Shown here: positions 48,802 to 59,396 of the stretch, piece after piece
Layout of the letters: every line of letters begins with the position of its first letter
Position numbering within the stretch: position 1 is the first letter of the stretch
Assembly: GCA_030603385.1 (NCBI GenBank)
Contig: JAUVXW010000001.1
Span: 64,001-128,000 of the forward strand
Reading direction: 5' to 3'
Length of the DNA stretch: 64,000 nt
From: Promethearchaeota archaeon
Lineage (GTDB): Archaea; Asgardarchaeota; Lokiarchaeia; Sigyniarchaeales; SOKP01
The notes under the pieces: generated by a model
Told to the model about the DNA's origin: nothing
The model's database searches: none
Seen by the model: the letters and a program-made list of their open reading frames with translations, nothing else
Position numbers and translations under genes: made by a program

Positions 48802-49551
48802 GTGATATTACAAGATAGACCTAATCCGATAGGGGAACTCCTTATTGTACTGGAATACTGGGATCATATCTTCTCAGGTTTTTTGCTGACAATGTGGTTG
48901 TATGGATGGGCGCTTTTGATGGGTTTTTTCCTTGGTTTAATCTTGGCTAATCTCCGCCAGTATGGAGGGTGGTTTCTTTCACGTATTGCCTCAGGGTATG
49001 TCGAGTTTATACGTGGTACACCTTTGCTTGCGCAATTATTTTTTATTTATTTTCTCCCCTCTAGTCTAAATATCCCCGTTGGGGATTGGAAGATAGAGAC
49101 TAGTTTCACAATCCTAAATAAGGACATTACGATCATCCTCCTGAATTACCGAACTCTAGCCGGTCTCATTGCGTTAGGGATTAACAGTGCGGCTTATCAA
49201 GCTGAATACTTCCGTGGAGCTATTATGTCTGTAGGGACAGAACAGTTAATGGCTGCCCAATCGCTGGGCATGTCCCGTATAGCTGGCATTCGGCATATCG
49301 TGTTACCTCAAGCTTTACGTCGTGTTATCCCTGCATGGTCCAACGAAGCAGCTTATCTTCCGAAGTATACCGTTGTTGTTTATTTCATTGGAGTTAAGGA
49401 TCTTTTTTCCCAAGCACATCATGTCGTTGCATTTACGTTTATATCGCTCACTACCTATATCCTTATCGCTATCATCTTTATAGTTACAATCACACTTATT
49501 TCAAAGGGGCTGGATATCCTTCACAAAAAAACAATGATTCCGGGTCTGTAG
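48802..49551 (+). CDS. Polar amino acid ABC transporter permease
   Basis: IRGTPLLAQ, SAAYQAEYFRG, IVLPQALR. Confidence 0.92.
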   Translation: MILQDRPNPIGELLIVLEYWDHIFSGFLLTMWLYGWALLMGFFLGLILANLRQYGGWFLSRIASGYVEFIRGTPLLAQLFFIYFLPSSLNIPVGDWKIETSFTILNKDITIILLNYRTLAGLIALGINSAAYQAEYFRGAIMSVGTEQLMAAQSLGMSRIAGIRHIVLPQALRRVIPAWSNEAAYLPKYTVVVYFIGVKDLFSQAHHVVAFTFISLTTYILIAIIFIVTITLISKGLDILHKKTMIPGL

Positions 49552-49654
49552 ATTGTTCAAGTATAAATAAAACTTTTAAATTTTTTTTTATTTTTTTATT
49601 TACTTCTGATAATTCACAATTTTAATCCTTTTATCTAACATAATTCTTTAAAAT

Positions 49655-50495
49655 ATGAAAACAAAAGTTTACGTTATAAAAAGAAAACCTAATGAAACAA
49701 CTCAAGACGTAGTTTTAAGAACTCTTAAATTGATCACCTTAAAGGATATTTTCTCTAACTCAGAAAAAAAAAATCTTGATAAATCCAAACTGGGTAACCT
49801 CCGACCATTTTAGTACTGGAAATGTGACTTTAACAGATACTTTAGAAGGAATTATTATTTATCTCATTCAAGAATCCAAAATAAACCCAGAAAAAATAAT
49901 AGTTGCTGATGGTGGGTCTTTTGGAACATCAGAAAGATTTTTTAAGTTAAATGAAGTTTTTCGGTTAGAAGAATATGGAATCAAAATTATGAATTTGAAT
50001 AATGATGAGATTGTAAATGAAATTGAAGTACCTAATCCATTGTCTCTAAAAAGTGTAAATATTGCAAAAACAGCCCTAGATGCGAGCTGTATTATATCTG
50101 TTCCCTCATTAAAGGCACATAATATGGCGAGAACAACTTTAAGTATGAAGAACATGATGGGAACAATTTATCCGAAAAGCATTATGCACTCTAATTTACA
50201 TAAAAAAATAGCAGATTTAGTGTCTGTGTTGCGTTCTAAAATGAAATTTCAAATAATCGATGGAATAATTGGTTCAAATGGATGGGAACTAGGAGGGCAA
50301 CCTATTCAAATGGATTTAATTGTTGCTGGAGAAGATCCTGTAGCTGTTGAACGAGTTGGTAGTGAAATTATTGGTTTTGGGTTAAATAAAGTAAAATACT
50401 TAAAATTTGGAATGGAAAAACAACTCGGTACGGCAAATTTAGAACACATTGAAATAATTGGAAAATCAATAAGCGAAGTATATCACAAATTTTAA
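49655..50495 (+). CDS. DUF362-domain protein, frameshifted at an A10 tract (49764-49773)
   Basis: ATG 49655 frame (MKTKVYVIK...) joins ILINPN of ORF 49776..50495 if one A is removed; SLKAH..TTLSMKNMMG, IIDG, DPVAVE motifs. Confidence 0.75.
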
Positions 50496-50619
50496 ATTAA
50501 AAATTCTATTTTGGTCTTCTTTGAATTTTAAGTAAAAGTGTTAAATCTTTTTTCTTAAGATTATTTTATTAAACAAAACCTGATAAAATTTTTATATAGA
50601 TTTTTTAGGTGCAATAAAT

Positions 50620-51666
50620 TTGAGAATAGTTGATTTTCGTTCTGATACCGTTACTAAACCATCACCAGAAATGTGGGAGGCAGTTAAATCAATGGACAAT
50701 TCTAAACTCGGAGATGATGTTCTCGGAGAAGATCCTACTGTTAATGAACTAGAAAATAAAGCAGCAAAAATTACTGGAAAAGAAGCAGCTTTATTAGTAA
50801 CGTCGGGTACTCAAGGAAATCTTGTTTCACTTCTTTCGCAAACTAATCCTGGAAATGAAATCCTTTTAGAAGAACAAAGCCATATTTTTGGGCACGAAGT
50901 TGGAAGTGCTGCTCGTATTGGAGGCTTGATGATAAGTACATACCCTACAGAACGAGGAGTTCCATCGATTGAGCAACTTCAAGATTTAATTCGAGATAAA
51001 GAAGATATACATGAACCAGCAACAACTCTAATATCTGCAGAAGATACACATAATTTTCATGGTGGTGCGATAGTGAAGCCAGAAATCCTAAGAAGTTTGA
51101 AAGATTTTGCCCAAAGAAACGAATTAAAATTTCATTTAGATGGTGCAAGAATATTTAACGCCGCTGTAGGACTAAACATACCTGTAACAGAATTTACTAA
51201 ACAGGTAGATAGTGTAATGTTTTGTTTATCAAAGGGTTTGTCATGTCCTGTTGGATCTATAGTCGCGGGCACTAAAGAGTTTATTTCAAAAGCTCGGAAA
51301 TTTCGCAAAATGGTTGGAGGTGGTATGCGACAAGCAGGGATAATCGCCACTTTTGGGTTAGTAGCACTTGAACCTAAATGGATTAAAAGATTAGAAGAGG
51401 ATCATAAAACCGCTAAAATATTTGCTGAAGGATTGAAGGGATTTGATTTACCTATTAAAATCCATGACCCCGATACCAATATTGTTATTGTTGAATTTCT
51501 GAATAAAGTTAGAATTTTTAAAATAATTTCAGAGTTAGGAAAGGAAGGGGTCTTAGCGTTTAATATAAGTAAAGAAAAAATACGTTTTGTTACCCATTAT
51601 GGGATTCAAGAGGATGATATTCAATCTAGCATAGAAATAATAGGAAAAGTTTTACAAAATCTGTAG
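50620..51666 (+). CDS. ltaE: Low-specificity L-threonine aldolase
   Basis: DFRSDTVT, GDDVLGEDPTV, HLDGARIFNA, CLSKGL, GGGMRQAG. Confidence 0.93.
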   Translation: MRIVDFRSDTVTKPSPEMWEAVKSMDNSKLGDDVLGEDPTVNELENKAAKITGKEAALLVTSGTQGNLVSLLSQTNPGNEILLEEQSHIFGHEVGSAARIGGLMISTYPTERGVPSIEQLQDLIRDKEDIHEPATTLISAEDTHNFHGGAIVKPEILRSLKDFAQRNELKFHLDGARIFNAAVGLNIPVTEFTKQVDSVMFCLSKGLSCPVGSIVAGTKEFISKARKFRKMVGGGMRQAGIIATFGLVALEPKWIKRLEEDHKTAKIFAEGLKGFDLPIKIHDPDTNIVIVEFLNKVRIFKIISELGKEGVLAFNISKEKIRFVTHYGIQEDDIQSSIEIIGKVLQNL

Positions 51667-51713
51667 AAAACTTAAATAGATTAAAAAAAAATAAGATTTA
51701 GTTTATGGTGAAG

Positions 51714-52244
51714 TTACTCTTTATGTAGATCTAAATCTCTTGCATTATCTTCTACTAAATCATAGTATTCAATATCAGCTAAACTTCCCTTAAGATCTTC
51801 ACTCCAGTGTACCTTTACAGGCATTCCAATATAAGTATCCTTATAATCAACTTCGGGATTCAATTCAACCATATATACTGTGTCTGCTCCATCCTGACGA
51901 ATCAACACCATTGGCTTCTCTTGAACTTTACCTGTACCTGGGTCTTTTAAATAAGCGATAGTAAAACTAGAGACCTCACCGGTTTCTCTTAAATCAACCC
52001 ATTGATTAGGTTTTATTAGACATTGTCCACATACTAGTCTTGGTGGAAAAAATACTCTATTACATCCTGGGCATTTTAACCCCACTAATTTTTTTTCTTT
52101 CAGCTTCTTTAAAAAGGGTTGCATGTGTGTAAGGTTAAATTTATATGTATAACTAGATAAATACCAGTTACCAGGCATTGTTCTTGTTTTCACATAATCC
52201 TTCTTAACATAATCTAAAGATTTCCTTTGCGTTCGTTTTGACAT
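51714..52244 (-). CDS. DUF35 Zn-ribbon/OB-fold protein
   Basis: KCPGC..FFPPR..CGQC, IGMPVKVHW. Confidence 0.9.
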   Translation of the reverse strand: MSKRTQRKSLDYVKKDYVKTRTMPGNWYLSSYTYKFNLTHMQPFLKKLKEKKLVGLKCPGCNRVFFPPRLVCGQCLIKPNQWVDLRETGEVSSFTIAYLKDPGTGKVQEKPMVLIRQDGADTVYMVELNPEVDYKDTYIGMPVKVHWSEDLKGSLADIEYYDLVEDNARDLDLHKE

Positions 52245-52250
52245 TTTAAA

Positions 52251-53498
52251 TCACCTCCATTTTCTTTGTGGTTCATCTGACATTACCATCATTGTACATA
52301 AATTAAGGGATCCCCCCCATCCATGACCAATAGCAGTATGTACCGTTTTAGGAACCTGATTACTAGCTTTCCCCATTATTTGGAGTGCTGCTTCAGCAGG
52401 TCTTTCTAAGGCAGAAGCTCCAATTGCGTTTGTTGAATTGACACCTCCAGAACAACATATTGGCAATTCACCTTTTAATGAAGTAATCCCATTTTCATAC
52501 ATCTGTGGAGCCGTAGTCTCTTCGAATAATCCAAGCTTTTCAACCCACATTAATTCTTGATTAGGGAACGGAGAATAAACTTCAGCGTAGTCAATTTCTT
52601 TTCTAGGAAATGAGATTCCTGCCTGACCGTAAGCTAATTCAGCAGACTTCATTGCTCCCAGTTGTTCTGAGGGATCTATTTGTCCTGAACCACTACAATT
52701 ATAACCAAGAACAGCAGTCTCATGGGCAATACTGGATACACCATTTACATAAACAGGAATATCGCACATATTTTTAGCTTTTTCTTCTGTAGTAAATAAA
52801 ACCGCACATGCACCATCGCTAGCCGGACAAACCATCCCATATCTTAATGGATACGAAATATAAGGTGTGTCTAAAACTTGCTCAATTGTAAGATCTGGCA
52901 TTTTCAAATGAGCCCACCATGTTTTTGCTGCATTGCGTCTATTTTGGACGACAACCCTTGCTAAATCCTCTTCCGTTATTTTTGATTTATGCATATAGTT
53001 AGTAGCTTGATAGGAAGCTACACCAATTGCAGCACCGGCAGATAGAATACGGGTTAAACGTTCATATGTAATTCCCAGTGTATTATATACAGTAATTTCA
53101 CCGTATGCTACACTAGCTAGACCAGTAGCGGTGTTGCCCTGACTTTGTTGTTCAAAACCAATAGCAAGAACCGTATCTATTCCAGGTAATCCTGCCGCAA
53201 CCGAATAATACCCCGCAATCGCGACAGTACCTCCCGTAGTACCTCCTGTTGTAACTCGCATTAAAGGTTTATTTCGTGCCCCCATCCAGTCTGTCATCCA
53301 TAATTCAGGAATATTTGCCCCTTCAAATGCAGGCATGTTACCATTTACATAAGCATCAATATCTTCAAAACTTATGCTTGGAACTTTCTTTAAGCAATCT
53401 TCTATTGCTTCGCTTATTAATTCTGGCATATTTACATCGGATCTTTTTGAAGCATGTTCAGTAAAACCAGCTGAAACTATAGCAACTTGTCTTCCCAT
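52251..53498 (-). CDS. Thiolase-superfamily protein, Ltp3-like (no catalytic Cys)
   Basis: GARNKPLMRVTTGGTTGG, CPASDGACA, AEVYSPF, STNAIGAS; start MGRQVAIV after GGAGGGG (ORF track extends to 53543). Confidence 0.85.
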   Translation of the reverse strand: MGRQVAIVSAGFTEHASKRSDVNMPELISEAIEDCLKKVPSISFEDIDAYVNGNMPAFEGANIPELWMTDWMGARNKPLMRVTTGGTTGGTVAIAGYYSVAAGLPGIDTVLAIGFEQQSQGNTATGLASVAYGEITVYNTLGITYERLTRILSAGAAIGVASYQATNYMHKSKITEEDLARVVVQNRRNAAKTWWAHLKMPDLTIEQVLDTPYISYPLRYGMVCPASDGACAVLFTTEEKAKNMCDIPVYVNGVSSIAHETAVLGYNCSGSGQIDPSEQLGAMKSAELAYGQAGISFPRKEIDYAEVYSPFPNQELMWVEKLGLFEETTAPQMYENGITSLKGELPICCSGGVNSTNAIGASALERPAEAALQIMGKASNQVPKTVHTAIGHGWGGSLNLCTMMVMSDEPQRKWR

Positions 53499-53499
53499 T

Positions 53500-54654
53500 T
53501 TAATTACTCCCCTCCAATACATATAATATATTATTTTGTGCACACATCCCTATTTGACCGGATGCAATAGCTTTTTTAACACCTTTAACTTGATATCCAT
53601 TAGCTTCTCCTGTGAGTTGTTTAACGGCTTCAATTATTCTTATTATTCCCGTTGCACATGGAGGATTACCTCCTATTGCACCTCCAGAAGGATTTATTGG
53701 CAAATTTCCATTTATTTCGGATTCGATACTAGCACCTTTCCCTTTATCAGCAAATCCTAGTGCTTCAGCAAATATCAATTCTTCATGAGCATAAGCTTCA
53801 AAAAATTCAGCAACATCAATCTCTTCCTTTGGATTTTTTATTCCAGCAGTTTCAAATGCCATTTTACCCGCCTTTTCCATAGATTTGCAAGTTGATAAAT
53901 CTCTATCACCAAGATAATAGGTATCTTGACTATACCCTACACCTGTAATCCAAACGGGGCTATCTGTTATTTTTAAAGCTTGTTTCTCAGGAGCTAATAG
54001 TAAAGCTGCAATACCATCGCAAGGTTGTGCTACCATTAATTCTGTTACTGGATCAGCATAAATTTCTGATTCTAATATATCTTTTACTGTAATATTAGCA
54101 TTTTGAGCTTCTTCTAAGGCTAATGGATTTTTTGCTGCATTTTTCCTATTTTTCACAGACACTTTAGCAATGTCATCAACACTAACCCCATACTTCTCCA
54201 TATATGCTCTCATCTGAAACCCTGCAGAAGTGATATCGTTCACATAAGCTAATGGGCGTTCCCATGTCGGATCTGTTTCATACAATCGAGCAGAATGGTA
54301 TGGAAAACATGAGGCCATGCTTCCCCCCCAAACGACAGCTAATTTATGATTACCTGATAATACTCTCATTAATCCATATAGGACAGCATGAGCACCATCC
54401 ATTTCTACTTTACTTTCATCTGTTAAGTATGATCCTCCAACATCCACTGTAAAACAATTTGAAATAGTTCGACCATCATAATAATCATTTGTGCAAGAAA
54501 CAACGGTAGTTATATCTTTTTTCTTTAGACCAGCTTTATCAATTGCACCTCGCACAGCTTCAAAAATCATTTCATAACGCCCATAATTAGCATCTGAATA
54601 TGATTTGACTTGATTATATCCTACAATACCTACTTTTTCCATTTTTTTTATCAC
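53500..54654 (-). CDS. Thiolase-superfamily protein, Ltp4-like
   Basis: DYYDGR, ESKVEMDGAHAV, NPSGGAIGGNP. Confidence 0.85.
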   Translation of the reverse strand: MIKKMEKVGIVGYNQVKSYSDANYGRYEMIFEAVRGAIDKAGLKKKDITTVVSCTNDYYDGRTISNCFTVDVGGSYLTDESKVEMDGAHAVLYGLMRVLSGNHKLAVVWGGSMASCFPYHSARLYETDPTWERPLAYVNDITSAGFQMRAYMEKYGVSVDDIAKVSVKNRKNAAKNPLALEEAQNANITVKDILESEIYADPVTELMVAQPCDGIAALLLAPEKQALKITDSPVWITGVGYSQDTYYLGDRDLSTCKSMEKAGKMAFETAGIKNPKEEIDVAEFFEAYAHEELIFAEALGFADKGKGASIESEINGNLPINPSGGAIGGNPPCATGIIRIIEAVKQLTGEANGYQVKGVKKAIASGQIGMCAQNNILYVLEGSN

Positions 54655-54657
54655 CTT

Positions 54658-55119
54658 TCATATTTTCACAAAACCCTTGATATCTGAAGGGTCTCCTTTA
54701 GTTTTTTCTCCCCATTCAATTTTAAATTTCATTCCAATCCGCAGTTCTTCCGGTACTATATTTAGTAATCGATAGATTATCGCTGTATTACTTCCTTCAA
54801 TTTGTACCATGCCCAAAATCTGAGGTTTTTTCACTTTTCTGCTAGATCTATCATTAACTTTATAATGAGTTATTGTGTAATTTTGTAGAGTTCCAGTATT
54901 TGGCAGGGCTACCCAATTTTTATCAAAATCTATCTTTTCATTACATTTCCCACAATATTTCCTAGGTGGTACAAAAACATCTCCACATTTTGGGCATTTA
55001 TTTCCTATTAACTCCTTGTTCTCAAGTGCATCATAAAATTTATCCATGTATTGACCAACCCAAAATGCAAATTCCGCTCTTACAGGTCCTTTATTAGCGA
55101 CTATTATTTTTTCAGACAT
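54658..55119 (-). CDS. DUF35 Zn-ribbon/OB-fold protein
   Basis: KCPKC..FVPPR.YCGKC, LRIGMKF. Confidence 0.9.
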   Translation of the reverse strand: MSEKIIVANKGPVRAEFAFWVGQYMDKFYDALENKELIGNKCPKCGDVFVPPRKYCGKCNEKIDFDKNWVALPNTGTLQNYTITHYKVNDRSSRKVKKPQILGMVQIEGSNTAIIYRLLNIVPEELRIGMKFKIEWGEKTKGDPSDIKGFVKI

Positions 55120-55250
55120 AATTTAACAATTTAATTTTTTGAGATTCAATTGTGATAATTATATGATGTACATATATAAAACATTAATTTGAAAATGAAA
55201 GATATTGAATAAAACAATAGAAAAAAAAATAATAAAGGAGTTTATTTAAA

Positions 55251-56138
55251 TTATCTTTTATAGTTAAGCATAAAGTCAATTAACTCTGAATTTTTTTTAA
55301 AAACTTGTAACTGATTTTTTTTTAGTTTTTCAGTAGCTAATATCTTTAGTTCTTTTAGTTCAATCTCTTTTTCTCCGATCGCTTCACGAAGTATTGGTAA
55401 AAAATCACATATTATATGTAATTCTAAGACTTTGCCTTTGTACTTTTTCACCGCCAAATCACTAGCGAGAAACAAGTAAGCTGGTGATATGAAATCTGGT
55501 GGAACTGTTATAGGCATTTGTTGCCCCCATTTTCTTAAGTCTTCTGCCATTTTAGTTTCTACACCTGCTGGTGTAACAACATTGACATTAATATTATAAG
55601 GTTTTAACTCTAAACTCAAGCATCTTCCCATAGCGGATACTGCTGCTTTAGAAATAGAATATGCTACCTTATTTGGAGGAAAATAAACATTTCCATTAAC
55701 AGAAGACGTCATAACTATGCTCCCACTTTTTTGTTCAATCATTTTTGGTAGAACTTCCTTTATCATAGCATAATAGCTCAATATATTGAGGTTCAATAAC
55801 TTTTGGGCTTCTTCAATAGGAAAATCAACCACAGAAGAAACATGTGTCATCCCTGCGTTATTTATCAATATATCAATCTTATTAAAGTTTTCAAAATAGG
55901 TTTTAGCACATTCCCTAACACCTTCTAAAGTAGATAAATCAGCAGGTATCCCGAGTCCTTTGGTACCATATTTTTCAATTTCTTCAACCACTTGATTCAA
56001 TTCTACACTGGTTCGAGATGCTACAGCAACATTTGCCCCATTATTGGCTAGATCAAGAGCAACTTCTTTTCCAATACCTCGTCCCCCTCCTGTTACTAAA
56101 GAATTCTTTCCTTCAAGTAATTTCATAAATATAACCAC
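55251..56138 (-). CDS. Short-chain dehydrogenase/reductase
   Basis: TGGGRGIG, NNAG, YSISK. Confidence 0.92.
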   Translation of the reverse strand: MVIFMKLLEGKNSLVTGGGRGIGKEVALDLANNGANVAVASRTSVELNQVVEEIEKYGTKGLGIPADLSTLEGVRECAKTYFENFNKIDILINNAGMTHVSSVVDFPIEEAQKLLNLNILSYYAMIKEVLPKMIEQKSGSIVMTSSVNGNVYFPPNKVAYSISKAAVSAMGRCLSLELKPYNINVNVVTPAGVETKMAEDLRKWGQQMPITVPPDFISPAYLFLASDLAVKKYKGKVLELHIICDFLPILREAIGEKEIELKELKILATEKLKKNQLQVFKKNSELIDFMLNYKR

Positions 56139-56331
56139 TTTAACTTAAATTTATGTAAATATATTTTAATCTAATTTTGTTGTAGTAATTTAAAAAAGTT
56201 AACTAGATTGCCATCCAATATTCAATAATTCAGTTTTAAAATCTTCATTAAAAACTTTAAATATAATAATGAAAAAAACTAAATTTAAAGCAAAATAAAT
56301 TAACAAAACTATAATAGTCTGTGCTTAAAAT

Positions 56332-57207
56332 ATGTCAGAAGATTACTCATCAAAATTGGTAATAAGTGCTGCTCTTGCGGGATCTATGACCACAAAACAA
56401 CAAAATCCCGCAGTCCCTTATACTCATGAAGAGTTTGGAGATGAAGCAAAAAAGTGTTTGGATGCAGGTGCATCAACAGTTCATATCCACGCAAGAGATC
56501 CTAAAGCAGGATATCCTACGCCTGATTTAGAAAGAATAAAAGCAGTCATAGATAATATTCATGAAAAAGCTCCGGAGATCATCATAAATATAACTAGCTC
56601 AGTAGGTCTTACGCTTGAGCAAAGAGTTGCTCCTACTCAGACATTTAAGCCATTAATCGCTTCATTAAATACGAATTCGATGAATTTTAGTATCGGAAAT
56701 TTTAAAACTGGTGAAATAGTTGGAAATGCTGATGGAGTATTTAGAAACACTTTTCACATAATTCAAACTCTTGCTAAAGCAATGAAAGAAGCTAAAACAA
56801 AACCGGAACTAGAAGTATATGATTTTGGAGGGTTGTATAATATATTATTTCTTAACAAACAAGAAGAGTTATTTGAGCAACCTCTTCATTTCCAATTTGT
56901 ATTTGGAACCTTGGGAGGTGTTCCTTTTTCTTATCAAAATTTAGCAGGTTTTCTCAATTTGATGCCTTCTGGATGTTCATGGAGCGTATGTGGAGTAGCA
57001 AAAGATCAATTTAGGGCAGGTTTATGTGCAGCAGCAATGGGAGGACACATTCGAGTAGGATTAGAAGATAATATTCGCGTCCCAGATGGTCGGTTAGCTA
57101 AAGGTTCATGGGAACAAGTAGAATGGGCTGCAAAAGTGGCAAAACTAGCAGGAAGAGAAGTAGCAACTCCAGATGAAACACGCAAAATTTTCAATTTGTT
57201 ACAATAA
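56332..57207 (+). CDS. Beta-keto acid cleavage enzyme (DUF849, 3-keto-5-aminohexanoate cleavage family)
   Basis: NPAVPYT, VHIHARD, PELEVYD, GGHIRVGLED, ATPDETR. Confidence 0.92.
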   Translation: MSEDYSSKLVISAALAGSMTTKQQNPAVPYTHEEFGDEAKKCLDAGASTVHIHARDPKAGYPTPDLERIKAVIDNIHEKAPEIIINITSSVGLTLEQRVAPTQTFKPLIASLNTNSMNFSIGNFKTGEIVGNADGVFRNTFHIIQTLAKAMKEAKTKPELEVYDFGGLYNILFLNKQEELFEQPLHFQFVFGTLGGVPFSYQNLAGFLNLMPSGCSWSVCGVAKDQFRAGLCAAAMGGHIRVGLEDNIRVPDGRLAKGSWEQVEWAAKVAKLAGREVATPDETRKIFNLLQ

Positions 57208-57369
57208 GCTGAAATAATTTAAAGTTTAACCAATTATTACTTTTTATATTTACTCTTTTATCCAATTAACGTTGGTGTCTTTTGCAAGAGTAAAATCATG
57301 TTATATGTAAGAATTTATTTAAAGGAAATCAATAACATTAAAGAAAAAGAAAAAAAATTATTAAAATAA

Positions 57370-57972
57370 CTAAAAAGTAAATCCTTCAGGTAACTCAGAT
57401 TCAGATGTTCCTTCTAGGACGAACATTAAATCCATAATTGTATAAGTTGGAGTTTTTGTTCGAAAGATTGGAACAATTTTTTTCCCAATTTCAGGCTCTC
57501 CAACTGCTAGAACGCTCATAAGAATTGTAACAACCTCTTCATCAAATTCAACATTAATGAATTTTATAGGTATGGGTAGTGTGTTGAAAGCTCCAGACCG
57601 ATGAGTTACGATAAAAGAATGGATTGTTGCGGTTTTTCGAGCTTTATCGGATATATCAATAGGTGTTGCTCTTCTCAAACAATCAGGGCAAAAAATTCTG
57701 AAAGGTTCATAAATAGAGCCTTTTGTATCGCATTTATCATTATCGCATCTTGAAGCCATGAGTTTACCTTTCCCAAGAGATTCAAAAAATATAGCTTCAC
57801 CACCATAAGAGTGTATAAAGGTCATATCACGTGGGTTTGTTACACCTGCTAATTTTCCAGTATCTTTATTAAAAATTGGTTGATTTGCTTCCGGAATGTG
57901 AAACACTCCTCTCGGTTTATATCTACCATTGACTATATCAACAAAACCTTTTTCATTATCTTTTTTCACCAT
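57370..57972 (-). CDS. DUF35-like Zn-ribbon/OB-fold protein
   Basis: RCDNDKC...FCPDC, EIGKKIVPIF; start MVKK after GGAGG (ORF track extends to 58020). Confidence 0.82.
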   Translation of the reverse strand: MVKKDNEKGFVDIVNGRYKPRGVFHIPEANQPIFNKDTGKLAGVTNPRDMTFIHSYGGEAIFFESLGKGKLMASRCDNDKCDTKGSIYEPFRIFCPDCLRRATPIDISDKARKTATIHSFIVTHRSGAFNTLPIPIKFINVEFDEEVVTILMSVLAVGEPEIGKKIVPIFRTKTPTYTIMDLMFVLEGTSESELPEGFTF

Positions 57973-57974
57973 TA

Positions 57975-59396
57975 TTAATCCTCCTTTATTAAATAATTTG
58001 GATCCATTAAAATAGTACAAGTTACATGAGACCCTACTCCGGCATGGCTTATAGCTAATCCTCTTTTTGCTCCTTTAACTTGTAGACTTTCCCAATCTTT
58101 TGGTTTTTCCCTTCTAAAAGCTTTCCATTTCTCCTCAGGTTCATGAATTTCATCCCATCGGTTCCAGATATGGTAACCTATCTCTGCTATTTGCATAAGA
58201 CCTGTCGCTCCTACAGCATGCATACATCCTATTAACCCTCCACATGGATTGCTAGGTAGTTTTCCTGGTTTCTTAGTATTTGGGTTAATAACATACGCAT
58301 CTCCACTTTCAATATATTTTCTTCCTTCTCCATAAGGTCTTATCCCAATATCTTCATACGTCTGAATATCACTTATAGTAAATGCATCATGAAGCTCAAC
58401 CACATCAAGATCTTCACTAGGATCAATGACACCAGACATATTGTAAGCATAATAAGCAGAAATTCTAGCTGCCAAGAAACTCGTGAATCCAGGATAACGA
58501 TCTGCACCTGGAAATCTTTTCCCTAAATTGTCGTATTGTCCTTTTGTTTCATTAGGTAATAGTGGTATTTTCATATCACGACGATCTGCCACTCTTAGAG
58601 TATGGCTCCCCGCAGCAATGTAAATCCTTAGTGGTTTGTCTGTAATTTCATAAGCCGTCTTTTCATCACAAACTATTCCGCACGCAGAACCAACGCTCAT
58701 TAAGCAACAGTCTAAAACACGAAGAGGATATGCAACTATAGGAGAGTTAACCACATCCTCTACAGTAATATCCATCGGTCCTTGAGCATGTGGGTTCATT
58801 CTAGCATATCCTCGATTTTTAACTGCTATTTCTGCCATAGTGTTACGAAACGACTCTTCTTCCTTACCAAAGATTTTCCAATATCTCTGAGCCATGACCG
58901 CATAATAACCTGTATAAATATGTCCAAGAGGCGTTTCCCAATCCTTATCTGCTGCTGCTGAAATAAGATGATTACCCTCATCTGTTGGTACCTCATCCAT
59001 CCTCTCCCATCCTAATGCCAGAGTACAATCACTATATCCAGAAGCAACAGCTTTCACAGCTTCCCACATAGCAGAACCACCTGTGGCTCCCCCCGTCTTC
59101 ACACCTATATTACCTAGTGGATCCAACCCAAGTCTATCATGAATTACTGCTTCTCCAAGTAGTTGATCTCCAAAATGGTCAGCAAAATGACCATAATAAC
59201 AAGTGTGAATATATTGTTTCAGTTCGGTAGGAGTCATTTTAACGAAATCTGCTGCTGCTGTCAATGCTTCAACACATAATTCCTCAGTTCGAGTTTCAGG
59301 AAATGCCCGATCAAATTTTGACATTCCAGCTGTAGCTAAATACACAGGTCGCATTAATTTGGGTATTCTTAATTGCTTATCGCTAAATTTAATCAT
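57975..59396 (-). CDS. SCP2-type thiolase-domain protein
   Basis: VKTGGATGG, ELHDAF, GGLIGCMHAVGATG. Confidence 0.87.
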   Translation of the reverse strand: MIKFSDKQLRIPKLMRPVYLATAGMSKFDRAFPETRTEELCVEALTAAADFVKMTPTELKQYIHTCYYGHFADHFGDQLLGEAVIHDRLGLDPLGNIGVKTGGATGGSAMWEAVKAVASGYSDCTLALGWERMDEVPTDEGNHLISAAADKDWETPLGHIYTGYYAVMAQRYWKIFGKEEESFRNTMAEIAVKNRGYARMNPHAQGPMDITVEDVVNSPIVAYPLRVLDCCLMSVGSACGIVCDEKTAYEITDKPLRIYIAAGSHTLRVADRRDMKIPLLPNETKGQYDNLGKRFPGADRYPGFTSFLAARISAYYAYNMSGVIDPSEDLDVVELHDAFTISDIQTYEDIGIRPYGEGRKYIESGDAYVINPNTKKPGKLPSNPCGGLIGCMHAVGATGLMQIAEIGYHIWNRWDEIHEPEEKWKAFRREKPKDWESLQVKGAKRGLAISHAGVGSHVTCTILMDPNYLIKED

